A stretch of 49,060 bases of DNA from Tubulanus polymorphus. Taxonomy: Eukaryota > Animalia > Nemertea. A model generated the notes under the pieces. The model saw nothing but the letters and a program-made list of their open reading frames with translations. It was not told the DNA's origin and made no database searches. Each line of letters starts with the position of its first letter. Position 1 is the first letter of the stretch. The stretch is from assembly GCF_964204645.1 (NCBI RefSeq), contig NC_134031.1:21574217-21623276 (forward strand). The letters are read 5' to 3'. The position numbers and the translations under genes are program-made. This document shows positions 21,601-33,470 of the stretch, piece after piece.

Positions 21601-22360
21601 GGTTGTAGGTAAAAATCTCCCTGGTAAAAATCCCCTAGGTAAATATCCCCTGTGTAAAAACCCAAAATATTCAAAGTAGGTAAAACACCCCACTCGGTGA
21701 TTTTCAAAGACATTTCAAAGCAAAATGTTTCTCCAATTTTATTAATTTGCTATGAGACTGAAATATGTTAGAACTGTGCATTGAAATCTTTCGTTGCGAT
21801 AAATCCTTAAGTAAAACTCTTAGCATAAAATAAATTGTTAGAATTGATAAGAATAATACATTTTTATTTGTAATATCTAAAGATTCGAACAGGAGTATTT
21901 TTGAACTGCGGACTCTTGTTAACTGTGGTATATTTCAGATGTGCGATGCCAAAAATTATTAGAAATAATGTTCTTTTGATTTGAAATATTTTAGATTCAA
22001 GCTAGTGTAATATATTTGAAATGTGCGATGAACCCTTTCATTAAGCTGTGCGATCACTTCATTTACCAATTTAGTAGTAATGAACAATGTTAATTTTGTA
22101 GTTTGTTTTAATTCAAATAGTATATACTATAGTTTGTATACTCATGATATCATTATGGTGTTTCACAGTAAAATATGAATAAATTGGATATATGTAACAA
22201 TAATATGAATTAATTGACCTTAAGATTGTATCTACAATCCATTCAAAAGGAGGGGGATTTCTACCTACACTAAAGAATCGGGGATTTTTACCGAGAGGAT
22301 TTTAACCTAGGGGATTGTTACCTAGGGTATTTTTTACCCAGATGATTTTTGCCGCTAACC
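21601..22360. mobile_element. MITE with imperfect TIRs made of ~14-bp sub-repeats (MULE-like)
   Basis: GGTTGTAGGTAAAAATCTCCCTGGTAAAAATCCCC... versus ...GGGGATTTTTACC...GATTTTTGCCGCTAACC; TSD not clean. Confidence 0.6.
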
Positions 22361-23959
22361 ATAGATGTAGTTTGTAATTTTGAATAATGGTCTTGGAAAT
22401 GCACTAATTATGAACAATTTACTTTGTTTTGTTGAATTAACTACGTAATCAATTCACTATAGAACTATGGTGGATCCTAACAATGAGTCTGGCCTGCTAT
22501 TCCAAATTCTTTCCGAAAATTATATTGCTAAGATATTCCTAGTCTTCTTCATTTAGCATGAACTCTAGATGTTGGGCCTGGATGTATTTCGGATTTATTA
22601 AATGGTATCATGGGCGTGGAATGTTTGGGCGGAGGTATTATGCTCCAGTTTCACGCGTAAAACAAAAAAATATATATATCCATACATAGGTCATTGCATT
22701 ATAGAAATTAAACTGTTGACAAGTTGTAATAAATCTCTATAGATGAAACAATTTTAAAGAAAATGCATTATATATGTTTGTAGTTTCTATTCAACTACTA
22801 TTGACTGTGCGCCTCGGGCTCAATCAACTCGTCATCTCCATGATTTCTATCACACATCATCAGCTGCCATTGAAATATTTGATTTGGCAGTCCTATCAAA
22901 AGTAGCGTAAATTGATACATGCGAATAATTGATGTTTCCAAAGGGTTTTTGTTACTGGCTCGTTTACATGGGAATGGTCGAAATTCCCCGTTCAGATTCC
23001 CCCGAGAAATCTCATTGAAGAGGTTATGATTTGCTGCTGTTGGCCTGTTTTTTCGTTTGTATTGCAAAATTTAGTCCAAACTAACTGGAATCGTTTTAAA
23101 TTGATTTCTGTGAAAATTTTCAATTTTTCCCCACATGTGTCAACAAGTGCCTTTCAAATCAGGATAGATTCCGATTGCGAAATAATGATTGTAGCAATTT
23201 TTTTAGTATTATTTATCTATGGTTTGATACATCAAGATTTCAGTAAAAAGGACAACTTTATCGTTTATGTTAGCGAAGCTTGGTATACAAGCAGGCTGAC
23301 AATAACAAGCCACTGAATTTTATGGGGTTAGTCTTTGTATAGCTCTTTATCTATAGAAAGTCAGTGATTAAGCCCTAAGTAAATATTGCTCAATTAAAGA
23401 GAATTCATTATGACAATGTACAAGCGATGACAGGCCTATGAGGCACCCGTAAATCAAAAAAATATTTCGCTGTGCGATGCGAAAATTATTGAAAATAATA
23501 AAACTTTTAATTTGAAATTGCTTAAATCAAAGCTAGTGTAATATATTTGAACGTCCTAGCGATATATTTGTCCTGTGCGATAACTTTTAGTATTAATTTA
23601 GTATTAATGAAGTATATTAATCTTTGGGTGAACGGAAAAAATGGCCTAGGGAAAAATTGGGAAAAATTGCCGCTAAATAAATATTAGAATTTGCTCCTTT
23701 TGTAATAACTTTGAATTGTCAAATTCAACTGGACATTGGTGTATGCTGAATATCACGAACAACGAAACATTTATCCTTAAAAACGTTGATTTTCTTTTTC
23801 ATCTTTCTTTATTTCAATAATAATCAATCGATTTTTAAGTCGAATTTATTACCAGGATAGCGACTTAATGTGTATGTGCTTATAAGTCAACTAGTTTCCG
23901 AACCCATGGTATGTCAATCAAGACAGATCTTCGTCTAGAAAAAGTAGGATGCATTCTAT

Positions 23960-23998
23960 CATGGACTCTAAAACGATTGATTCGTTTTAGAGTCCATG
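23960..23998. mobile_element. 39-bp P-element-like remnant (17-bp perfect IRs, 7-bp TSD)
   Basis: ATTCTAT-[CATGGACTCTAAAACGA ttgat TCGTTTTAGAGTCCATG]-ATTCTAT. Confidence 0.75.
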
Positions 23999-26537
23999 AT
24001 TCTATCCACTAATTTCAATGTAAGGACTATATAAGGCTACATGAATCAATACGAAAGTATGTATACCGCAGGTCACTTAATCTTAAGCTTGATTGTGAGA
24101 GTTGTTTAAACACAATGGTCACATGAGTAATTATTGGTTGTGCGACAATGGGAGAAATCTGCCTTAGACATCTCATCCCGATATCCGGAGTCCTGGGCTT
24201 AGTAACTTATGTTTAGAATAAATTTTATCCGATATTTTTATAACAATGTTTTTCTCTCTCTCTCTCTCTCTCCGTAAATTCCGGACGTTTTCTGGGTGCT
24301 AACGTTCAGTGGCCAGTAGGCTGGATTGTGTTTTCTCTTATTTCATAAATCACAATGCATATAAACTAAAACTGAACTGAATTGAAACTGAGTTCGGTTA
24401 GCAGTATAAACCTCCTAACTTTCGGAATTATTTATAAAAGAGTGAAACATCAACCCTTAAAGAATACACTTGTATAAATGAGAAAATGCACACTAGGACA
24501 ATGGCTAATTTGCGACCTTAAAATGAAAGAAAGACTCGAATTTCTTTTATCACACTCGTCACGCGAATCTCCTAATTACTCTAATAATGAGAGAAAACTT
24601 CAGACGAATTAAATGTATCAGCTTTATAATTGAATGATGATTATGTACGCGTAACTTCAATGATTTGTATCGATCTGTAAATGAAATTTCCATTTAAAGA
24701 ATGCATTTATCAAATTACGTCCATTGAAAATGAAATTAGCTAAACTCGAGCCATATTACTATTTAGATTTATCGCAGTTGTCTTGTGAAAATTTATAACC
24801 AATCTTTATATAGTCCCCTGTAAAATCTAAACTCAATTTCTATATTTTACACGTGATTTAATTACGATTTCTCAACTTCGTATTTATTCTATAATGAGAA
24901 GCGCACTGATTAAATCTGATTTCAACAGATTGTCGAAAAAGTTACAGCAATTTACTGTTAGAGAAAGAAAATACTAAATCTATTAAGTTTTCTAAAATTA
25001 TATGTAAGTGTCATACCATCTCATGCTCTAGGATATTGTGTATCGTAACATTTGAAATTCCTAAATCTACCTGGCTTCATTAGGTACTGTTTTTTAAAAA
25101 GAAAAACAAATAACACCCAACGCACCAATACCTATAATTCTAAAAGTTCAGGTTATAACGTTTAGAATATTCCTCCCTAAGTCAATACTTTGAATATAAG
25201 ACCAGAAGGTAAAATTCTCTTCGTTGGACTTTTGAGGGAATCGTTTGAATATCGGACCTCTTGGTCGAGTTTCCATCGATTGACATTGGGAGGAATGTTC
25301 CTCCCGAAGTCGATACTTTCAATATCAGAACTGAAGGTCAAATTCTCGTCGTTTGACCTTGGGAGGAATATTCCTCCCAAAGTCAATTGTTTGAATATCA
25401 GACCCCTTGGTCAAGTTTCCATCGATTGACTTTGGGAGGAATATTCCTCCCGCAGTCAATTTTCACAATAGCGGTCCTCTTAATTGGTGATGATCAAATG
25501 AACGTGCGGCTCATATTTCTATTGTGTGCCTAGCCGGTGTAACGCGCGACACGCTTACATAATCTTTTCTGTAAATGTGAACACCTCGGGGGCATTATGT
25601 TCTCTAAAGCCCGACATTATCCCACATTCGGGACTGTGAATGGGTTGATTTTACGGCTGAGTCGACATTTTTCAACAATTTTTAGCTGTTCATTTATGAA
25701 TATTTGAAGACTTATGAGCTAAAAATTACTTAAATTTTTGATACATTTTGAGAAAGTCACAAAACATTTGAGACTGCGTTGCGGGCTATTTGTAGATCTC
25801 AGTGAGCTGAACGATATTATATGGATTGTATATGAAACAGCGGTAAGGTAACAACGCATATGTTCTTTTGGTAAAAATAGTGTGGAAGAAAATAATAATA
25901 ATAAATATAGCTGCAACGCAGCGATACCGGGTTTTCTGCACAGTCTTAGAATCCAGTTCAACGGTAGATTTCGACAAAGCATTTGATAAGGCACAACATC
26001 AGGCATTACTAACCAGGCTATTAGGAAACATCATTAATGATAGGTCACTCAAATGGCTCAGCAGTTATCTCTGAACGAAAACTTGTAGCCGAAATCAACG
26101 GTACGCCTCATCTTGGAATAAGTCAGTCTAACTAGTGGAGTCACGCAAGGTAGTATCCTAAGTTGTTTTCTGTTTAATGTCCTGACAAATGACATACACA
26201 GTAATCCAACATATACCAGACCGAGTAAATTTCCAAATCGAACTTAACGCGCTGTTCGACCAAAAAACTTAATGTTCCAACCAGAAAATCTTGTTCGAAT
26301 GAAAATAATTCTGTTTGAACGAACAATACGCTTTTTGCTTGAACCAAAAATTTTCTTCATTCTGACAGAAAATGTGTTCGAATAAAAAGCTATGTTATTG
26401 TTGAAATGAAAAATTTGGTTGAGCGAAAACAATTTTTTCGAACGAATGTTTGAATGAAAAAAATTCTGTTCGATTGAACGAAATACTTAATACTTTCGGT
26501 TCGGAGAAAAAACTTTTTTCAATATACTTGTTCGAAC

Positions 26538-26970
26538 AGTAGAGCAAACGGAACGGTGTGAGAGAGAATTATTACCTGCAATTCCTTGTTCAGTAGTACA
26601 GAAAATTCCGATGGAAACGAAAACACAGTCAGAACCTATAATTGAAGTACCTGAAGTATCAATCGAGGAACTATTAGAAATTACCGGAAACTGGAAAGAA
26701 GAAACGACCGTAGTGACGCCGAGCCTAAGTCCTTTCAACAGTCCGCAGAAATTAATTCCGACAGAAAAGTTGCGACCAAAAACGTCAGAGCGAGATGCTA
26801 AACCATGGACAATTCCGTTGATACCAGTTGATGTGACGTCGGACCCGAGAAAGAAAATGATCGAACACAGGCACGTTGGCGAGATGTTTGGGGGGGAATT
26901 TGTCTTAGTTTATCCGGTAGGAAGCAAGGTGGAGTGTGAATTTTGTAATATTTTGAAGAAGAAGTTTTAA
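26538..26970 (+). pseudogene. 5'-truncated third ORF of a Gypsy remnant
   Basis: Frame open from the junction at ~26538; Pro/Ser/Thr/Glu-rich, ends HRH...YPVGSKVECEFC; followed directly by PPT and LTR. Confidence 0.55.
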
Positions 26971-27020
26971 TTAAATTGTTATGTAATATAGTTATTTTCT
27001 GGACGAGGACGTCCAGATCT

Positions 27021-28546
27021 GGAGGGGGGTAGTGTAGCGTTTGTGCAATTGTATGTATTTATTCAAATGTATTGAATTGAATTGAATGGAATAATATTTA
27101 GAGGGGGGCGGGATAGGTTTGTTAGATGTTACTCTATTTACTTTTGTTGAATTTAAGATGTATACTGTATATAGATATTGTGTATTGATATGTTGTATAG
27201 ATGGGGGGTGGGATCACTTACTTTAAATGTGTATTTTTAACCGGCTAAGTATCCGTAAATTTTAATCATGCTGGTAGTGTCCGTAGCACGCGAGTGGCGG
27301 CGCTATCAGCTGGTGTGTCGGTTGTCATGTCAGTTGTTGGGCTAGCGGGGTGGGGTAACCAGGCTGAGCTGCCCGTTGTCATGCTGAGATGCTGGGGTCA
27401 ACCGATTATCATTATTTAACGATATTAACTGTTTTACCGGTCGTATTGACTCCCATCATTTCAGTTTGGCAGTTGACAGCCAGACTTGGTAAGCATCAGT
27501 TGATTCGTCGGTCAGCTCCGGTCTTTGACCGGGCTGACCGACATTCATGTAATCGGTTCACTATTGATAATTAATAAGTCAGTCAGGCCGGCCGTCTCCT
27601 TTTTATCGTTTTCAACGATGATTGTGATTGACAGCTTGGATTTGTCTGAACTTCCATTAATTTACTATTCGAACCGTATTTGCGTGATTTGATTGTCGAT
27701 TCGAATTATATGATAATACGTTTACGTAATAGGTTTTTGTTCTTTTACGAGATACTTAGACGGTAGATTCGATAAAGAAAAGAATAAGTTATATAGTAGA
27801 ATTAACCTAATATTTATTCACTTTGAATTATAATAAGAAAGTATGACTTTAATAAATTAATAATTAGATTCAGTATTTTATATGCGGCTTCAGACTTATC
27901 TATTGAGAATGGTCAGAACCTTAATAAGGACTGAGGAAAAATTATTTATGATATCAGCTTTTTGACAAGATTGAAATGGTGGAGACGAATAGCAGAGGAC
28001 TATTTAGTAGGGACTTTGAGCCTACAGCCCATAGGTGGGAGAATCTATGGTAGGATTTTGGACTGCCATTAGTATGAAGTGAGGGTTACGGGATTATTCT
28101 ATAGACCGGTCGAATGTAGGGTAGATCCAGGTATAATTTGGGGTGGCCAACTCAATTATATGCTGTGGGCCTTACGGGCATGTAAGATACATGTTGCTGA
28201 GGATAACCGTATACCGGAAAATAGGCTACTCGTGCTCGGTATGCACGATCTTAACATAGCAGACTATAATTTTCAAATCGTGGCTGTTTTATAGATTTAT
28301 CTCTCTCGGTTTTTCATGAGGATCATCTCTTGCGGTGAAATATTATTTCCCTTTTTGGTTTCACTACCAGAAATCATTCGACGTAAGCGAACTCCGTAGC
28401 GGGCTTGGAAGACTTTAGATTTTACCTTCAAGACCTCCTGACATATTAGATGAATGACGATTGAAGCAGCAAATTGATGAGCAGAAGAATGACCGCCATA
28501 TTAGAAGAGAGAGGGCAGCACCGTGTTGCCCCCGTTTTCCGCTACA
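27021..28546 (+). mobile_element. PPT plus ~1.5-kb 3' LTR of a truncated Gypsy-like element
   Basis: GGAGGGGGGTAG (27021-27032), then TGTAGCG (27033) ... CGCTACA (28546). Confidence 0.65.
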
Positions 28547-28689
28547 GAGATTTGACAATTTATTTACAGGTAGGAGATAAGACCCAATCCTGAACTGGAA
28601 TAAACTGGTCACTAAGTCGTCATCAAGCCGATTTATATAGTTTTCAAATTTGATATCCTTCTTATATTGTCTAAAATTAATGTATAACG

Positions 28690-30027
28690 GGTTATTATTC
28701 TGCCTTGCTGGATGAGGAGCGCCACCTAGGGGTCAGCTGATAACATGGCTATGTCGATTCACATGGGATACTACGCGACAAGTTCTAATGTACCAAGGTT
28801 AGGGGATATGATACCGAGAATAACGAAGATACGGTACTTTTACCATGTTCAAATGGCCGGTAGTTTGCCGGTTAGCATACTACTGAATAACAATCGAAAA
28901 AACTGATGCTGAATGAGTTTTCAACATTAACGCCCCTAGTGGTTAGAATAGGAATTAATTATGTTAGGAATTCGTTGTATCTTATATCCAGGTACATGTA
29001 TATCAATTTTCATAGAGACCCCTTTATCCGCTTAGTAGCTATCAATGAAAATGCATTTCCAGCAAAATGTAGGTGGCACTCCTGGAGAACCATATAAGTT
29101 ACCTACTTAAACCATACATAAATACAAGTATCTTGAAAAGGGCTACTAACCACACATTGCAACCTCGATTCTATCACCAACGGTTAAGGACCTAAGAGCA
29201 AAAATCGTTGTTTTCACATTCCCCTAGTGGCAGTTGTATGAACTAATCATGCAGGATGGCATATTACACACATGTCTTTGTACTTGTACCAAGTTTTGTG
29301 ATTTTCATAATAAACAGACCGCATAAAATGCGAAGAATGGATGCTGAAATCGATTTTTCAAAATTAACGCCCCCTAGTGGTTAGAATGGGAACTAATCAT
29401 ATGAGGGGTTCGTTTCGTTTAGTAACCAGGTACATGTGTATCAATTTTATAGAAATCCATTGATACCCTTAGTCGATATAGATGAAAATGCGTATTCCAG
29501 CATATTATAGGTGGCGCTACTGGAGAACCATATGAGTTACATAGTTATACCATACATGAATAAAAGCGTCTTCGCAAGGGCTACTGATCACTCGTTGCAA
29601 CCACGATTCTATCTCCAACGGTTAAGGAGCTAGGAGCAAAAATCTCATTAAAAAATTTGGGGGCCCATTTTCGAGCCCGTAGAGCCCAAACGGTTAATCG
29701 CAGATAGGGCGTGCCATTGACTTTTGTAACCTCCGGGCTGTTATGAACAACTTTCGTGCTCGCCCGAAGCTGAAAAGTCAAAGACAAAAAATTTTCTCAC
29801 ACAGTAACTTTTCGATGTCACGATTTTCAAATGTAAAACATCCCCTGGTGGGTGAACGGGGTCCCCAATCAAAGATCCCTTCGACTTACCTCAAGGTACC
29901 TGTGTGTTCCGTACATCTCACGTAAGTTTCAAGTAAATCCGTTGAGCAATATTCTTGTTACTAACGGAATTCGAAGTATCAAAGCCTATATATGATGCTC
30001 TAACTTTTGTTGCCGAAGCAATATATG
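28690..30027 (+). mobile_element. Probable HINE-type repeat with a ~437-bp-period internal duplication
   Basis: Direct repeats ~28926-29215 and ~29363-29650 (ATTAACGCCCCTAGTGGTTAGAAT...); 3' stem-loop TTGCCGAAGCAA-TATAT at ~30011-30027. Confidence 0.45.
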
Positions 30028-30489
30028 ATCTTGGAGTTTCAATGATTACTCCAAGATATGATGCTCTTTAACATACGGCACAAACAAGGCCATAAAAATT
30101 CCTCAGTTGCGTTTAGTCGAGCAATGTCCTAATTCAACAATCGATTCGTAGAAGGAAGAGATAAAAATATCACTACTGCTTACGTGTTTACTACAGATCT
30201 AGAACAACACAGCTCTATCGATAAAGGACACAGACACAAACACACGTATTTAGGAGCCGCTGTGGGAATGACACGTAGGCAATACACATACGTAGATGGA
30301 TACTGTTAGAATCGGGCTTAAATTTCGATGTTTAGAGGCTCACAGTGAGTAAACAGTGCATTTCGGATTAATATTATATACAGTATTTGTCAATGCAGCG
30401 TAGTACTTGTGATACCGAATGGTTTCACCGACAGTGAAAGTAAGTTGCAGTTGTTTATATCCTTTCAGTAAGATCCAGTTTGAAAAAGA

Positions 30490-30491
<2 letters not shown>

Positions 30492-30580
<89 letters not shown>
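30492..30580. repeat. (AAT)n microsatellite
   Basis: About 29 perfect units next to the Helentron-like terminal hairpin. Confidence 0.98.
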
Positions 30581-31530
30581 CAGCAGGAATACAATAGGGT
30601 TTCTGCGAAGGCAGCAGAAACCCTAAATATAGCTGCAAAGCAGCGATAACGGGTTTTCTGCACAGTCTTAGAATCCTGTTCAACGGTGGATTTCGACATA
30701 GCATTTGATAAGGCACAACATCAGCCATTACTAACTAAACAGGCAATTAGGAAACAGTATCAATGATAGGTCGCCCAAATGGCTCAGCAGTTATCTCTGA
30801 ACGAAAACTTGTAGCCGAAATCAACGGAACGCCTCATTTTGGAATAAGTCGGTCTAACTAGTGGAGTCACGCAAGGTTGTATCCTAGGTCGTCTTCTGTT
30901 TAATGTCCTGACAAATGACATACACAGTAATCCAAAATATACCAGACAGAGTAAATTTCCAAAACGATGTTCCGACAAGAATATCGTGTTCGAGTGAAAA
31001 CAATTCAGTTTGGTTGAACAATACGCTTTTTGAACCAAAGCTTTCTTTATTCTGACAAAAAATGTGTTCGAATGAAAAGCTATGTAATTGTTGAAATGAA
31101 AAACTTTTTGTCCCGGCAAAAAAATTTGGTTGAGCAAAATGAGCAAAATTCGACCGAATGTTTGAATGAAAACAATTCTGCTCGATTAAACAAAATACTT
31201 AATACTTAATTCTTAATACTTAATACTTTTGGTTCGGAGAAAAAACTTTTTACAATATACTTGTTCGAACGAAAAACTTAATGTTCTGACAAGAAAATTC
31301 TGTTCAAGTTGAAACGATTCTGTTCGATCGAACGATTGTTCGAACGAAAAACTTTTCGTTTGGAAAAAAAAAGTTTGTTCAACTTTGTTCTAACGATTTT
31401 TCAAATTGGTTCAATCGAAAAGAATATTATTGGTTGGAACGAAATAAATTTTGTTCCGACGAAAGAATTTTCAAGCGAAAGGTCTTTTTAACGAAAAAAA
31501 AGATATTTCTGGGGCTCCGCAGTAACTTAA

Positions 31531-31848
31531 AGCCGGACGTAGGTCGGCCTTGTGACGCGATGCGATCCTCGCGTTGCATCGCAAGTTTCGGTGCAAGTCC
31601 GTTGCGATACGATTGTGTGCAACTAGTTTCTGCCAGTCGCAAGAGCGCGTAGGTCGGTTGTGACAGTCGTGTCGCGTCGCAGAAAGTAGAACACGTGTGA
31701 CTCCTTGAAACTGGCGTTGCTGACAGTCGCAACCCTTCGCAAGGGAGCGTAGGTCGACGAGTCGTGGTGACACAATCGTCGCTGGCGGTCACAGTGAATG
31801 GCGTCGCAGTGAGTCACAAGCCGTCGCAAAGCCGACCTACGCCCGCCT
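31531..31848. mobile_element. PIF/Harbinger-type MITE
   Basis: TIRs AGCCGGACGTAGGTCGGC / GCCGACCTACGCCCGCCT, flanked by TAA (31528-31530, 31849-31851). Confidence 0.75.
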
Positions 31849-33227
31849 TAACTCATTAGGAATTAATGAAATACCCGTTTCATTTATGATGAAAAAACTC
31901 AAATGAAAAGTCTGGCTTTTAAAGCTGTCTGCTCAGACGAAATTTTCAAAAAAAAATCTTCATTTTTGCCAATAAAATAGACAATTGTGATTGATCGTTG
32001 CCAGTCAGAACCAGTTAATCACTAATTAACGTGCATTTTAATAAATCTGGTTCCTCATATACAGTGAACTTAGCTTTAACCTAGTAGAGGCTACTAGCCT
32101 ATGTAGGCCTATGTATATGCGTAGGCCTAACATCCGGACTGATTTGTCGTAGGCCTATTGAATAACAACTCTCCTAAATATCGTAAATTTTGTTTTGAAG
32201 TTCAATCCAATGAGACCGTTAATATACGCAACATTTATACTGTGTTTGTTTGAGACAGTAAATGTCAGTACCGGTAGGCCTAAAGCCTTAAGGTCGCGTA
32301 AAACTCGATAAACACTTCAAGCGACACAGCGAACGATCTCCTTTCCCCCACAGCGAACGCTTACTCCGTATGTCAAGTGTGAGTCCAACATACGGATAAG
32401 AGTGTTCTATATACTTGTATTTAGTAAATACCTTGTGCATTTGACAATGATCGGTATGTACTGTAGGAAATAAAGAGAATTGATGGTATTGATATAGAGG
32501 TTGAAGCCCGCGGCCGAATAAAGTAATATATTCTTTTATTTTGATACCTCGTCGACATAACAGCTGTTCTCCGCTATATTTCATCGGCGTGTTTAGTTTA
32601 GGCCTACGACTCCCCGGTACACTAAAGATTTATCTTAGTAAATACACGGTTAATTTGGTAAAGAAAAATAGGTTATTAAACTAACTCCTTGAAACCCGCA
32701 GCCAAATCACTGGTAGTAACAAATTAATTTGTACTCGACTTGATTCTCATGATGAGGAGAAACTCGCAGCTGATCCCCGGAACGACGATGTAGTGACACA
32801 CGTCGATTCGTCGATGTTTACGGCTCGAAAGTGCTTTTAAAATCTAAAGTAGTAAATTTCCAGTGTATCGGTAATATGATTTGATGAGGAAAATGGGCTA
32901 TTGTTAAAATTACTGTTTGAAGACCGCGGCTGAATGTGAAGTCTGCGGCAATAAATTAGTTCATTTATACTTGAATTGATAATCGAAGTGACAATCGGCC
33001 TGCGGGTTGATTTCGGGATGACGACTCGAAAAACATGTCGCCTCATTGAATGGGGCTAAATTTTCGATGTTTACGGCCCGACAGTGCTTTTGTAACAATG
33101 ATTCGTGAAAAAACACGCGGAGTATTTGTAGATCTCAGTGAGCTGAACGATATCATACGGATTGTATCGACAACAGCGGCAAGGTAACAAAGCCTTAGTT
33201 CTTTTAGTGAAAATAGTGTGACATAAA

Positions 33228-33470
33228 ATAATAATAAGAAGAAACACGCGAATCTCAATAGGGTTTTCTGTGATGTAACAGAAAACCCTAATAATAATAA
33301 TAAGAAACGCGCGAATCTCAATAGGGTTTTCTGTGATGTAACAGAAAACCCTAATAATAATAAGAAACACGCGAATCTCAATAGGGTTTTCTGTGATGTA
33401 ACAGAAAGCCCTAATAATAAGAAACACGCGAATCTCAATAGGGTTTTCTGTGATGTAACAGAAAACCCTA
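33228..33470. repeat. Four tandem ~60-bp copies of the Helentron-like terminal hairpin
   Basis: (AAT)nAAGAAACACGCGAATCTCAATAGGGTTTTCTGTGATGTAACAGAAAACCCT x4. Confidence 0.95.

Larger units (their letters stand above)
19183..25780. mobile_element. 6.6-kb non-autonomous long-TIR element, 4-bp TSD
   Basis: TIRs ~19183-19788 / ~25129-25780 beginning AACGCAGTCTC; TSD GCGG at 19179-19182 and 25781-25784; uninterrupted paralogous site at 33111-33136. Confidence 0.9.
15678..25903 (-). mobile_element. Helentron-like non-autonomous element, unit 1 (cut by the Polinton, several nested insertions)
   Basis: Shares the RT fragment with 25950-26240 and 30670-30965; segments 18346-19182 plus 25785-25900 match 32280-33235. 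Confidence 0.65.
25904..30625 (-). mobile_element. Helentron-like element, unit 2 (RT fragment ~25950-26240; nested or rearranged interior)
   Basis: One end AATATAGCTGCAACGCAGCGATACCGGGTTTTCTG; other end (AAT)n + TAGGGTTTCTGC..GCAGAAACCCTA hairpin. Confidence 0.6.
30626..33470 (-). mobile_element. Helentron-like element, unit 3 (most complete)
   Basis: Minus strand: TAGGGTTTTCTG-N8-CAGAAAACCCTA, (TTA)n, body, RT fragment, subTIR CAGAAAACCC, stem-loop GCTGC-TTT-GCAGC, TATATTT. A fourth unit end follows at 33471-33506. Confidence 0.75.

Noticed and set aside
21900-22100. Possible MULE transposase relic (ISNNFWHR on the minus strand; similar tract at ~23470-23610)
   Set aside because: Too short and degraded to support by eye.
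30419-30728. Poly-Asn and poly-Tyr ORFs
   Set aside because: Translations of the (AAT)n microsatellite.
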